In this document: positions 37,201 to 46,932 of the stretch, in pieces | How the letters are laid out: each line of letters begins with the position of its first letter | Numbering within the stretch: position 1 is the first letter of the stretch | Origin: an uncultured Candidatus Poseidoniales archaeon | GTDB taxonomy: Archaea > Thermoplasmatota > Poseidoniia > Poseidoniales > Thalassarchaeaceae | Reading direction: 5' to 3' | NCBI GenBank assembly: GCA_964645485.1 | Contig: CAZXZO010000011.1 | Location: 1 to 55,983 of the forward strand | DNA length: 55,983 nt | Translations under genes and position numbers: made by a program | Notes under the pieces: generated by a model | Databases searched by the model: none | What the model saw: only the letters and a program-made list of their open reading frames with translations | What the model was told of the DNA's origin: nothing

Positions 37201-38868
37201 ATGATTGGCCAGAGATTGCACGGTACTGACGGGATTCGCGGTTTAATTTCAGATTGTAGTGAGTCTGAAAATCCAATTGAAAAATTGATTTTACAACGTG
37301 AAATTTCACCATCATTAATGCAAGTTATTGGCTTTGCAACTGGCTCGGTCATCGGGGCAGGTGAGGGTGGAGCAGAACCACCACTTGTGGTAATTGGTTG
37401 GGACCGCAGGAGTGGAAACGACAAACTGGTGTCATCACTAAGTTTGGGTCTTAGGGAAGCAGGCTGTATAACCCAATTAGTTGGTGAATTACCGACACCT
37501 GGGTTACTCCATTGTTTGCTATTGCTAGATGCTGATGCTGGAATGATGGTAACAGCAAGTCACAACCCGGCTACTGATTCAGGGGTGAAATTGTTTGATA
37601 AGAATGGATTCAAATCGATGCCACCTTTGGAAGACTTGATTTCAGCCCATGCTTGGGATTATGTTTCTACGCTTTCAACAATTCAATCTATCCAACCATC
37701 TGATTCCCAAGAATTGCCTCTATTCGATGGACTGAAAGCCTATCGGAGGCATTTGAAAAAATGGTTGGGGATTCTTTCCAAAACGCTTGGAATTGATGTT
37801 GGTTCACTGGACGCCAATATATCTCCAAACGGATTAATCCTAGATTGTTCAGGCGGGGCCAGCACTGATTGGTTTGGTTTTGGACTTGTTAGACGTGGCC
37901 TTGAATGTGAAGAAATCTCATCTGTGGAACAGCCAATAAATCACAATTGTGGCGCGGGGGAATTTAGTTCCACAGATAATTGGAATATTGCTGAACTTTT
38001 AGAAACTGAACATTCCCATCTGATGCTTATTGAAATCTCAGAACGGCTCAAAGAAAATGATGGAATGCCACCATGGAGTCAAGGCCAGTTAATTGGTGCT
38101 GCATTAGATGGTGACGGTGATCGTTGCCTTCTTATTGAAGGTACAAAAAACGGAATCAAAATTGTTGATGGAGACCAGATGGCATTTGATTGGCTCCACT
38201 CCCTAAAAAAGTCAGGATTTTCACAGTTGAAATTAGCCCACAGTATTGAGTCAGACCTCTGTCTACCAGCGACTTGCAATGAATTAGAGATTGAGACAAC
38301 CCAAACCGCCATTGGTGACCGCTGGTTATCTGATGCCTTGCGGAAAAAAAATGATTCGAACAATCAATTCGTGAATGCTGATGAGATGCCTTCAATCTGT
38401 GGATGCGAAGACTCTGGGCACCTCGTTATGCCTACACCTCACCCAACAAAACCGGGCCACTGGGGGCTTGCGGGAGACGGTGCTGCAACTCTGCTTGCTC
38501 AACTTTTTGCTCGTGCGAAACTTGGCTCTGACCGAGTGGAAGTAGCACGTGGTTGGAAAACTAGGGTTGGGATTAAGGGCACTGACCGTACCCTGTGGGA
38601 TGGGACAAACGAGTTATCCAACATGGTAGAGAATTTGGTTTCAAAGGAGTTTGGTGAAGGAGTATTACATCGCCAGAAAATTGTTGGTGAGGCAAATCTC
38701 TTGTTGCTGAGTGGTAATCAAGATGGTGTCGACATCAGTATTGGCATTCGAAATTCTGGAACCGAAGCAAAAACTTCCATCACAGCGCGCACATCTGATG
38801 ATGGGTTGGAACTATCTAAAGTTACAAGTGAAATTGTCGATTTGCTCAAGTTACACCTAACCGATTAA
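37201..38868 (+). CDS. glmM: Phosphoglucosamine mutase / phosphohexomutase
   Basis: HGTDGIRG, VTASHNP, DGDGDR, EDSGH, IRNSGTE. Confidence 0.85.
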   Translation: MIGQRLHGTDGIRGLISDCSESENPIEKLILQREISPSLMQVIGFATGSVIGAGEGGAEPPLVVIGWDRRSGNDKLVSSLSLGLREAGCITQLVGELPTPGLLHCLLLLDADAGMMVTASHNPATDSGVKLFDKNGFKSMPPLEDLISAHAWDYVSTLSTIQSIQPSDSQELPLFDGLKAYRRHLKKWLGILSKTLGIDVGSLDANISPNGLILDCSGGASTDWFGFGLVRRGLECEEISSVEQPINHNCGAGEFSSTDNWNIAELLETEHSHLMLIEISERLKENDGMPPWSQGQLIGAALDGDGDRCLLIEGTKNGIKIVDGDQMAFDWLHSLKKSGFSQLKLAHSIESDLCLPATCNELEIETTQTAIGDRWLSDALRKKNDSNNQFVNADEMPSICGCEDSGHLVMPTPHPTKPGHWGLAGDGAATLLAQLFARAKLGSDRVEVARGWKTRVGIKGTDRTLWDGTNELSNMVENLVSKEFGEGVLHRQKIVGEANLLLLSGNQDGVDISIGIRNSGTEAKTSITARTSDDGLELSKVTSEIVDLLKLHLTD

Positions 38869-39387
38869 CTAGAGGATGAACTTTGGTAAGTGACGTGCGA
38901 CAATTGCATGGCTTATCACGCCAATCAAGACACCTTCGTGGTCTACAACAGCCATCTGATTGATATCGTGGGTAATCATCAATGCTGCTGCTTTGAGAAG
39001 GGGAGTCCGGCTTGATACTTGCATCGGCGGTTGGGAAATTAGTTGGCTTGCTTCGACAGCTTGCATCCACGCTAGGTCACGGTTTACCCGCTTTCTTTGA
39101 ATCAATTTTAGCATATCAACAGCGTGAATTCGCCCTACTGGAATTCCTAAATCGTCTACCAAGAAAAGATGGTCCCAATCTCGTGATGTCAGAGTAGTCA
39201 ATACTCTATCCATCGTAACTGTGGAAGATAGTACTCTCGCTCTCTTCATGACTTGACCGCAAGTTACCTTACGTGCAGCATTTGTCTTCACTGCATCTGG
39301 CTTATTTGATTTTGCAGATCGCCCGAATATGCCCGACATTTTACCCACTCCTGAAGCCGGCCGGCTGGCCCACCCTATTTGAATCAA
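38869..39387 (-). CDS. CBS-pair protein
   Basis: Two CBS repeats (LFLVDDLGIPVGRI; MAVVDHEGVLIGVIS); likely start ATG 39339. Confidence 0.85.
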   Translation of the reverse strand: MIQIGWASRPASGVGKMSGIFGRSAKSNKPDAVKTNAARKVTCGQVMKRARVLSSTVTMDRVLTTLTSRDWDHLFLVDDLGIPVGRIHAVDMLKLIQRKRVNRDLAWMQAVEASQLISQPPMQVSSRTPLLKAAALMITHDINQMAVVDHEGVLIGVISHAIVARHLPKFIL

Positions 39388-39467
39388 ATGTCTTGCTGAG
39401 ATGGGGTGAATTTCAAATTAACAACGTTGCATAACCTTGAGATAGGGAGAACACGGCCGATTAAACG

Positions 39468-39887
39468 ATGACACAGTTGAGCAACAGTGTTCTGAGTGAA
39501 TTAGCGAACATGGATGAATACGACCGAATGCTCGCCCTTGACCGAATTGCTCGCCAACATAACTTGACAGTAGCACAAGTAGAAGAGCAGGTAAAATCAT
39601 TCCAGCAAGGTGGTAGTTCACAACCAAGCATGAGCATCGTTGAAGACTATGCAACACCTAACCAAACCGAAGAGCAAGCACCTGTGGGCCACCAACCGAA
39701 CTATATTGAAAACGCACACCAATATCGAGTGCGGTACGACCCTAGTCACGAAGGTCAATCCCGCCAGTCTAGCGTAGAACAGGCAATCCTTTGCCCGCAC
39801 TGTAGTGCACCATTGGGAATCCCCGCTGTTCGTCCAATCAAGGTAACTTGTCCGAATTGTATGAATGAAGCGATGTTCGAAAATTGA
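39468..39887 (+). CDS. Hypothetical protein with C-terminal zinc ribbon
   Basis: CPHC...CPNC at the C-terminus; helical N-terminus. Confidence 0.75.
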   Translation: MTQLSNSVLSELANMDEYDRMLALDRIARQHNLTVAQVEEQVKSFQQGGSSQPSMSIVEDYATPNQTEEQAPVGHQPNYIENAHQYRVRYDPSHEGQSRQSSVEQAILCPHCSAPLGIPAVRPIKVTCPNCMNEAMFEN

Positions 39888-40683
39888 CAAGCGTTCCATC
39901 CAACTCCCAACTTGCCAAAGCCTCAAAAGCCACAGCATCGAACGAAGGTTCATGCATATCATGACCAAGATTACCCTCGGATTGGGAGTTGCATTGCTAA
40001 TTGGCAGTGTCATTCTGGCAGTTGCAGGCGGAGGCTCAACTGTTTCTGACATCGCAGAGAACCCTAATGGCATGGAAGTTTGGAGTGGTACATCCCCAGA
40101 TACTTATTCAGGAAATTTCGAAGTGATGAACGTCTACCTAATTTTTGTTGAAGAGGGAGAGACTGTTGATGTCACCCTTGTAGGTGGGGATGATGAGAAT
40201 CGCTTCATCCCTTGTGAAGAGGAGCCCAATGACTGTGGCTACTATAATTGGCCAGGCCACACATATGCCGGTCAGATTTCAGTGTATACCCCGGGTACTT
40301 GGGAAGTAGAGTTTACTGGCTCTGGATCAGTTGTTGTAACTGAGATGGCAGTTGATTTCGGTGGTGTCATGAGTATATTTGGTGGGATGATGGGCTTTTG
40401 TTGTTCATTTTGTCTAATCGGATTAGGTGTGGTTTTCATCTTTACACTCAAAGATAACAAAGTCCCCCAAGGAGTGATGATGGTCCAGCAAGCAGATGGT
40501 ACCGTGCAACCGGTGGCGGGAATGCAACAACCAGGAGCAGGAGCACCAATGGTGGGTGGAGCGGTTCATCCAGCCTTCGCTACTCAGCAGCCAGCAGCAC
40601 AACCTGTCCAACAACAAACTGTGCCACAAGGTCAAATTCTTCCGCCCATGGGTGGACAGCAACCACCAAACCAAGGATTCTGA
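39865..40683 (+). CDS. Membrane protein with Gln/Pro-rich tail
   Basis: Two TM segments and a QQPG/QQP tail; likely start ATG 39952 or 39961. Confidence 0.75.
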   Translation: MKRCSKIDKRSIQLPTCQSLKSHSIERRFMHIMTKITLGLGVALLIGSVILAVAGGGSTVSDIAENPNGMEVWSGTSPDTYSGNFEVMNVYLIFVEEGETVDVTLVGGDDENRFIPCEEEPNDCGYYNWPGHTYAGQISVYTPGTWEVEFTGSGSVVVTEMAVDFGGVMSIFGGMMGFCCSFCLIGLGVVFIFTLKDNKVPQGVMMVQQADGTVQPVAGMQQPGAGAPMVGGAVHPAFATQQPAAQPVQQQTVPQGQILPPMGGQQPPNQGF

Positions 40684-41799
40684 TTAGATACCCCAGTAAC
40701 TTCCAGAAGGTTCCTGACGGCTAATTGAATTGACAACTCCTTTGACCGCCCAGAATAAAACCAAGGCTCCGATTGCTTGATCCCAATCTTGCCAAAGTGT
40801 TGTTGGGTTCAGAGCATAAGTTTGGTTGAGTACTTCCAATGCCATCCTTAAGCCAGCACTACACAGTGTCCAAATAACAATTCCAAAAGCAATGATTTGG
40901 ACTGTTCTTCCACTGAATGTACCTTTTTTCATCTTCAAAACTAGTAAAGAAAGAGCTAATGTGAGGAACGCCAATACAATCCAAGTTATCGCACCTTGTA
41001 AAACTAGAAGAATAATTTCAAGTCCACCGGGCGGCTCTGTCAATGCCATATTGGTTGAATAAACCCGTAAACCTTCGGCAATTGCGAAGATAAAGAAGAA
41101 CACCATGGAGAACCATAATATCGACGAGACAAAGGCAGCATCGGCATTTTCTCTCATATCTCTCATTATACGATTAAGATGTTGTTCCGCACCTAACCCT
41201 TTAGCCATCAAATATACACCGATGAGTAATGGCATCATTCCGATAATGACTCCACCGTTTGGAAGAATCAATCCAAGACCAATCATCATTAGGAAAATTG
41301 ACAGAGGGACTAGAAGTTTCATGCGCCACTTCTCATCTTCGATAGCCTTAGCGATGTAGTAGTAAGTGCCCTCAATCCCCTTTGACTGGCGCACAATAAT
41401 TTTCTGGACATGGTCAATATGTAGTCTTGATTGAATAATTGGAAGTATACTTTCATCTTCTGCTCCATCAGTAACCATCACACCACGGTCTGGTTGAAAT
41501 TTCTCAATTACTTCTTCCAGTTGCTTAGCAATCGCTCGGTCCGAACGGACTCCGACTCGTTCATCACCAGTGAGGACCGCAATTTCAACTGCATCGTTTG
41601 ATTCGCCACTTTCTTTCAATTGGTCGTGAAGGTGAAGACCACCAAGAATAGCGTTGGTATCACTCTCTTCTGGGTCGGCAATTCCGAGCCTAAGTGCGGC
41701 CGTTAAAACCTCTTTACGACCTACTATTGGGCCGCGGATTCCAGCCTTCTTTCCTAAGTCATCATCGCGGTCAACAGAGAGGACTAGAGTTCTCGTCAT
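40684..41799 (-). CDS. DUF373 family archaeal membrane protein
   Basis: LVLSVDRDDDLG, DPEESDTNA, VTDGAEDE, VRQS; C-terminal TMs. Confidence 0.9.
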   Translation of the reverse strand: MTRTLVLSVDRDDDLGKKAGIRGPIVGRKEVLTAALRLGIADPEESDTNAILGGLHLHDQLKESGESNDAVEIAVLTGDERVGVRSDRAIAKQLEEVIEKFQPDRGVMVTDGAEDESILPIIQSRLHIDHVQKIIVRQSKGIEGTYYYIAKAIEDEKWRMKLLVPLSIFLMMIGLGLILPNGGVIIGMMPLLIGVYLMAKGLGAEQHLNRIMRDMRENADAAFVSSILWFSMVFFFIFAIAEGLRVYSTNMALTEPPGGLEIILLVLQGAITWIVLAFLTLALSLLVLKMKKGTFSGRTVQIIAFGIVIWTLCSAGLRMALEVLNQTYALNPTTLWQDWDQAIGALVLFWAVKGVVNSISRQEPSGSYWGI

Positions 41800-41844
41800 A
41801 CTTGCTCACCTGACCTTTCCCGATGTGGCTGGGGTGTTACTCCA

Positions 41845-43206
41845 CTATGAATCATTGTCCCCTTCTTCCCCTTTAGCACCATTGGTTTGCTTGTTTTCTG
41901 TTGTTTGGGGGTTTACTGCTTGTTCAGGGGGTGTGTCACGGGCCCTTCGACGCTGTTGCGCACGTACATATTTGAGAGGATGGGTCATCCATTCTAAGTT
42001 ACACAGGGAATCACTGATTGTGCCTTGTGAGACTGGGCATCGAGCGTGCAATTTCAAAGTGTTACATTTCTCTGGCGTATATTCGCCCTCGTATAGATGA
42101 CCTAATTGATACTTCGTTGTGCCCTCGTTGTAGTCGGGCGCATTGACAAAAAATGAGGCTGCTTCATCAATTGAGAGACCTAGGGCTCGGCTCATGTTTG
42201 CTAAGAATCGCCGGCCTGCGTGGTTGACATTTTCACCTTGTGCAAGGTCAGCAATTGCTGATGTCATGCATGGCGGCCAATCGCCTTCATGGGCTGCTGC
42301 AACCTTGATTTCTTGGCCCTTACTTAGCTGTAGTTCAGCTACCATTTTACCAACCGGGTCGGCAAATTTTGCCGCGAATTCATCATCCATTTTTTCCATG
42401 TTTTGTTGACATCTTTCAATTAATACTTGACGTATTCTCTCTTTCAAGAGGCGGGCCAATCGTTGCTGTGAGGATTCGGATTTGGAGGCACACATTGTTA
42501 TCCAACCTGCACTGATTGGACGGTTGATCATGCGCCAATAACTACCTGTAATTCGCGGTGAAAGTTCAATAAAATCAGTCATTGGGATCTCATAGATGAG
42601 AGTTGATGATTTGGCTGCGTGGATGGATACCCCTGCTACCGATTGTACGTGAGCACGGACATCGGAAAGGTATGTGTTAGTAATTAACTCAAATGTTTGC
42701 TCATCAATGGTATCACCAAGTAACTTGTCAGCCCTACTAGCTTCACCTTCTACCCAACGCTTCACTAGTCGTTCGTCAAAGGATGCACATACCACTAACA
42801 TCGCATAGTAAAATCCCAAACCTTCTACCATCTGACCATAGGGTTCATGGATATCGTGCCTAGTTGTTGAAGAAACACCTTCAGAGAGGTTAATGGATTC
42901 CAACATTCTGTGGACACCACGGACACGAATCGGTTCAACCCACTCGCCTTCAATCAATGTATCAAGGTCAATATTATTGTCTGCTAAAAGAGATTTCAAC
43001 CACTCCTCACCTTGGGGGAGAAAAGGGAATCTAGCCAGTAAACTTGGAGATTCGATGGTCGGGAAGCGGCGCGGGAGTGGCATGAGCGAACTGTGATGCT
43101 TCGCTCGGGTTCTTGAACTCTCAGTTTGACGGAGGACTGGAGGGGGAGCCATGGGGACACCACAGAACACTGGATTAGAGGCAGTGAACCCCGCCTTAGT
43201 TAGCAT
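41845..43206 (-). CDS. priL: DNA primase large subunit
   Basis: RFPFL, WPPCM, NHAGRRFLA, APDYNE..TKYQLGH, YTPEKC...CP; likely start ATG 43083. Confidence 0.9.
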   Translation of the reverse strand: MLTKAGFTASNPVFCGVPMAPPPVLRQTESSRTRAKHHSSLMPLPRRFPTIESPSLLARFPFLPQGEEWLKSLLADNNIDLDTLIEGEWVEPIRVRGVHRMLESINLSEGVSSTTRHDIHEPYGQMVEGLGFYYAMLVVCASFDERLVKRWVEGEASRADKLLGDTIDEQTFELITNTYLSDVRAHVQSVAGVSIHAAKSSTLIYEIPMTDFIELSPRITGSYWRMINRPISAGWITMCASKSESSQQRLARLLKERIRQVLIERCQQNMEKMDDEFAAKFADPVGKMVAELQLSKGQEIKVAAAHEGDWPPCMTSAIADLAQGENVNHAGRRFLANMSRALGLSIDEAASFFVNAPDYNEGTTKYQLGHLYEGEYTPEKCNTLKLHARCPVSQGTISDSLCNLEWMTHPLKYVRAQQRRRARDTPPEQAVNPQTTENKQTNGAKGEEGDNDS

Positions 43207-43882
43207 TCAGGACGAAGTGCGGATTGCATTTGGCTGGGATTTAAAATTTGACCAACAATCAGCGATAGCACTGCAACAATCTTGCTTGGGTTTTGATTCT
43301 GTCAACTGTGCTCCTGATAGGCTAATTTCTATTCTTCAAGATGCAGATGAAATCGTTATTTTAGGCGCTGCTGTGGAACCCGATGACCTGCTTTCGGTTA
43401 GTGAAAATTGTCATTTCGTGGCTGCTGACGGAAGTGTGGGGGTGTTCGATGAATTACCTCCACAACTCTCTCAATCGATGTGGGACCGTCTTGTCTTGGT
43501 TGTTTCAGATGGTGATGGGGGAGATGCAATTGTACGGGCGAGTGAACAAAAAATTCCTTTTGCTCTACATGCGCATGGAGATAACCAACAGGAGTGGCAA
43601 GACCTTCTCCCTATTCTAAAACAAAATTGCCCTAGCCTTATCCTGACTCATCAATGCCCCGAGTCAATTGAAGGAATGTACAATCCAGGTGGATTCACAG
43701 ATGGTGATAGAGCCGCGTGTATAGTGGCCGCGTGTGGAATTCCAAAAAGCAAAATGAGACTAATTGGTTTTCGAAGTGATAAGATAGGGCGCTGGACTGG
43801 TGTTACTGACCCAGTGCGCAAACTGCGGAAACTGAAATGGATGGAAGCGGTCCTCGACATCTTGAGGGGGGCGTCTTTTTGA
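43151..43882 (+). CDS. mptE: 6-hydroxymethyl-7,8-dihydropterin pyrophosphokinase-like (MptE/DUF115)
   Basis: AADGS, HAHGDN, LTHQ, NPGGFTDGDRA, KLRKLKW. Confidence 0.82.
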   Translation: MGTPQNTGLEAVNPALVSIQDEVRIAFGWDLKFDQQSAIALQQSCLGFDSVNCAPDRLISILQDADEIVILGAAVEPDDLLSVSENCHFVAADGSVGVFDELPPQLSQSMWDRLVLVVSDGDGGDAIVRASEQKIPFALHAHGDNQQEWQDLLPILKQNCPSLILTHQCPESIEGMYNPGGFTDGDRAACIVAACGIPKSKMRLIGFRSDKIGRWTGVTDPVRKLRKLKWMEAVLDILRGASF

Positions 43883-44835
43883 TAGAGAAGAGTACGAAAA
43901 AAATTGATCCAAGTGCCCCTATTAGACCTTGGGCAGCAATTATCACTTGGTTGATGTTGAATGTGATTTGGATTGGCATCTCACCAATGGCTACTCCCCA
44001 TCCAGTACTCTCTGAAGAAGGAGGTCACAGAGAATATTACGAGATGACTGCGCCAAATGTTCTTGGTGCTGAACTCCCTTTTGAGATAGATTGTCAGTTC
44101 AAAACTACATTTTCAGATCACGCTAACATTACTGCTTCCTGGGAATTGTGGGAAGTTGCCACAAAAGAAAAGGCAATTTCAGGTGAGTTAAACGACCCTT
44201 CCTCGCCAGTTCCAGAACCATCTAGAATGTGGACTGGAGGCTTGAATGAAAATTGTGGTGAGGCGGGGGGCACTATTTTACCTGGTGAATACATATTGGA
44301 AATTCGTTTCTATTCAGAGAATGGTACTAGATTTACTTGGGATGAAGCAGGCAGAATTGTTGAGGGTGAATTCACCATGAGATATTGGATTTATTCACCT
44401 CATCAGACAATAGGATATATCATTGCTAATGTACTTGGAGTCCTGATTCTAGTAACTGACCAAGCAGTCAGACGAATGAGGAGGCGAAAGCGTTTAGCCA
44501 AGTCAAAACTACCCCTCCATAAACAACGTCACAAAGAAGAATGGGAGTCTCTCAAAGAACAGATGGAGGGTGATGGCAGGGCAACCGTTGAATCTTTCCA
44601 GATTGAATTGAGTGCAACTTCGGAATCTGAGCGTGATGAAATGAGGAAACGCTTCGAAGAATCTTCTGAGGATGAATTTGAGGACAGTGGAGTACCTGCT
44701 CCTGAAGAAGGTCAATCTGATGAGGACTTGGGTAAAGGGTCAGTTGCAGGGCTTGAAGGGAAGACAAAGGTCAGCAAAGACATACAAACAGTCGGAGATT
44801 TGTGGAAGCGAATGGAGGATGAAGACGAATTCTGA
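43837..44835 (+). CDS. Hypothetical two-TM protein with acidic C-terminus
   Basis: Two hydrophobic segments; probable TTG start at 43879 overlapping the upstream TGA. Confidence 0.75.
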   Translation: MDGSGPRHLEGGVFLIEKSTKKIDPSAPIRPWAAIITWLMLNVIWIGISPMATPHPVLSEEGGHREYYEMTAPNVLGAELPFEIDCQFKTTFSDHANITASWELWEVATKEKAISGELNDPSSPVPEPSRMWTGGLNENCGEAGGTILPGEYILEIRFYSENGTRFTWDEAGRIVEGEFTMRYWIYSPHQTIGYIIANVLGVLILVTDQAVRRMRRRKRLAKSKLPLHKQRHKEEWESLKEQMEGDGRATVESFQIELSATSESERDEMRKRFEESSEDEFEDSGVPAPEEGQSDEDLGKGSVAGLEGKTKVSKDIQTVGDLWKRMEDEDEF

Positions 44836-45028
44836 CGGTGCGCCGGTGCTTCCACAATTGGGTGAAAAATTCTTTTGAAGGGCTAAAGATTTCTCGGAAG
44901 GTTGTCACACTTCCCGACACACCCATGGGGTCGCAGGTACATGCACGGGGAAATCATTTTTGATTTCTTAATTAAAAACACTTTTTCGTTACACTGCTAA
45001 GCAGTTCAATCAAATTGAAGAGTAAACA

Positions 45029-45066
45029 TTGTGACACAAGGTATATAGCAAACTTGTGACACAAGG
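45029..45066 (+). promoter_or_regulatory. TATA box flanked by two palindromic operator-like sites
   Basis: TTGTG-A-CACAA (45029-45039), TATATA (45042-45047), CTTGTG-A-CACAAG (45053-45065). Confidence 0.65.
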
Positions 45067-46885
45067 GTTGGTATCGGAGAACGATAAGATGTCACTAAAC
45101 CCGAATAAATATGGAAAATTGAATGGACAATTGTACAGGCCCCCAACCTTTAGGGCAAGTGTAATGGTAATGCTAATGTTAGCCACTACTTTGATGGCAC
45201 CAGCAATTTCATTTGAGACTGGAAATGAAGATATGGATGATTTGCTAGAAGCGCTGCTTGGCCCTATTGCAACAGTACAAGCCGCGGATTTGGAATCTGA
45301 TTCAAGCATGATTCCAACAGATCATGTTGAATTTATTACAAGCGCTGATGTTGGGCAAAACATTCGGCTGCAAGATGGTTTTGAAGACAATGATGACGAA
45401 GAAGATGATTGGTGCATGGGTGATTATGTTATGCTAAATGTCACCCGCCGTCTATCTTACTTCGCGGTGTGCTGGGGTTCAGAAGATAACCCAGGACCTG
45501 TCAGCATTGCTGCTCTTGAGGTGCAATACCTTGGTGGAGTAAATTTGGAAGACTTCCCTGTTGAGGGTATGTCTGTACCAGGAGTTCCCCTACCTATTGC
45601 GACAGTCTTTGCGACTAGTTTAGTTCACATGATTGAGTTCGAGGACACCGGAGTTCCGGGTGATGAAGAAAACACAAGCGGAAATGGCGTTTTTGACTAC
45701 ACACGCGATGGAACAGGTCTAACCGATTTTGATATGACTAGTGCCGAAGATGTTCACGCAGCTGTATCTCTTGAGAGAGATTGGGATATGTCTTCAGATG
45801 GTATCGAAGAATGGACTGATGGAAGTTCAATGGGATGGAACTTCACTTTAATTGCTGAAGATGTTGAATACGATAATAGCGATGGATGGTGGATGACTGC
45901 AAACGATGATGTGGTTGAATTAATCGCCCTCACATTCCACCTTGGTGTAGAAATTATCCCTGTAACTGAAGAGGTGATTCCATGGTGGACTGTATCTCTA
46001 GATCCAAATCCAAACCACGATGAAACTTCTGAAGTTCTTGCCGATCAAATACCCTTCGTGGTTGAAGATATAGGTGAGCAACAGGACCTAACCTGGAGCG
46101 GGGTACGAGTTGGTACCGACTTCAAGTACGACCAAACAATCGATGGTTGGGATTTCCATAATGCAAACTCACTATTGATGGTTGAATCTGTTATTGCTCG
46201 AGGGTCGTTTACATTTGGACTCATCTCAGACTTCATGGATGATGTGAATAACGAAACTGGGGGTAGTTTCGACGAAGAAATGGCATATGACCGAGAAGAT
46301 GAAGATGGAAACCTGCTGTCTACTGGAGATAGCAGTGCGGTCAACAAAGTGAGTGGGACTTCTGTCACGTGGAGTCATGATTACACAAAGGTTCCAGATA
46401 AATATCATTGGATTGACACAGCAGAGGTTGGTCCTGACAGTCTCTCGACCCAGACAGCAAACGTAACTTTCCAGTTACATGAATCTGAGACTTTCCAAGA
46501 GAGTAACGACGCAGTCAGTGTTTCGTTGTATATCGCTATTGGGGGAGCAATATATCCTCCTGCAGAATACATTTACCACGACCCTGGATATGCTGCAAGT
46601 GTGAGCATAATTCAATTGGGTGGAATGCTTCTATCTGGTGAAATTGTTGGATTACAATTTGTAGTCGTTGGCTTACTAGGTGTTCTCGGATTAATCGGAA
46701 TCACTATTCGCAAGCGTAAGCATAAGCACGTTTTACGAGGGCTGAATCAAGCGAGTGCACCCTCTACACAAGTTGATTATGGAACGGCTCCTCAAATCGA
46801 GCAGATACAAGCAAGGATACCACAGATGGTTAACCTTGATGCTGGTCAACCCCCCGATGGTAACGGCCCAATCGGGCCGTATTGA
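45056..46885 (+). CDS. Secreted, C-terminally membrane-anchored acidic protein of unknown function
   Basis: Signal-like segment, D/E-rich beta-rich body, one TM followed by RKRKHKH; likely start ATG 45089 after GGAGA. Confidence 0.8.
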   Translation: MTQGLVSENDKMSLNPNKYGKLNGQLYRPPTFRASVMVMLMLATTLMAPAISFETGNEDMDDLLEALLGPIATVQAADLESDSSMIPTDHVEFITSADVGQNIRLQDGFEDNDDEEDDWCMGDYVMLNVTRRLSYFAVCWGSEDNPGPVSIAALEVQYLGGVNLEDFPVEGMSVPGVPLPIATVFATSLVHMIEFEDTGVPGDEENTSGNGVFDYTRDGTGLTDFDMTSAEDVHAAVSLERDWDMSSDGIEEWTDGSSMGWNFTLIAEDVEYDNSDGWWMTANDDVVELIALTFHLGVEIIPVTEEVIPWWTVSLDPNPNHDETSEVLADQIPFVVEDIGEQQDLTWSGVRVGTDFKYDQTIDGWDFHNANSLLMVESVIARGSFTFGLISDFMDDVNNETGGSFDEEMAYDREDEDGNLLSTGDSSAVNKVSGTSVTWSHDYTKVPDKYHWIDTAEVGPDSLSTQTANVTFQLHESETFQESNDAVSVSLYIAIGGAIYPPAEYIYHDPGYAASVSIIQLGGMLLSGEIVGLQFVVVGLLGVLGLIGITIRKRKHKHVLRGLNQASAPSTQVDYGTAPQIEQIQARIPQMVNLDAGQPPDGNGPIGPY

Positions 46886-46932
46886 TTGACGCAATAATCA
46901 AGCTATTCAAGTAGAGTAGAGGTGATGAATCA

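Noticed and set aside
45005-45019. TTCAAT-N3-ATTGAA resembling the fumC palindrome
   Set aside because: Different spacing (N3 versus N7 between the same hexamers) in AT-rich DNA; insufficient to claim a shared regulon.
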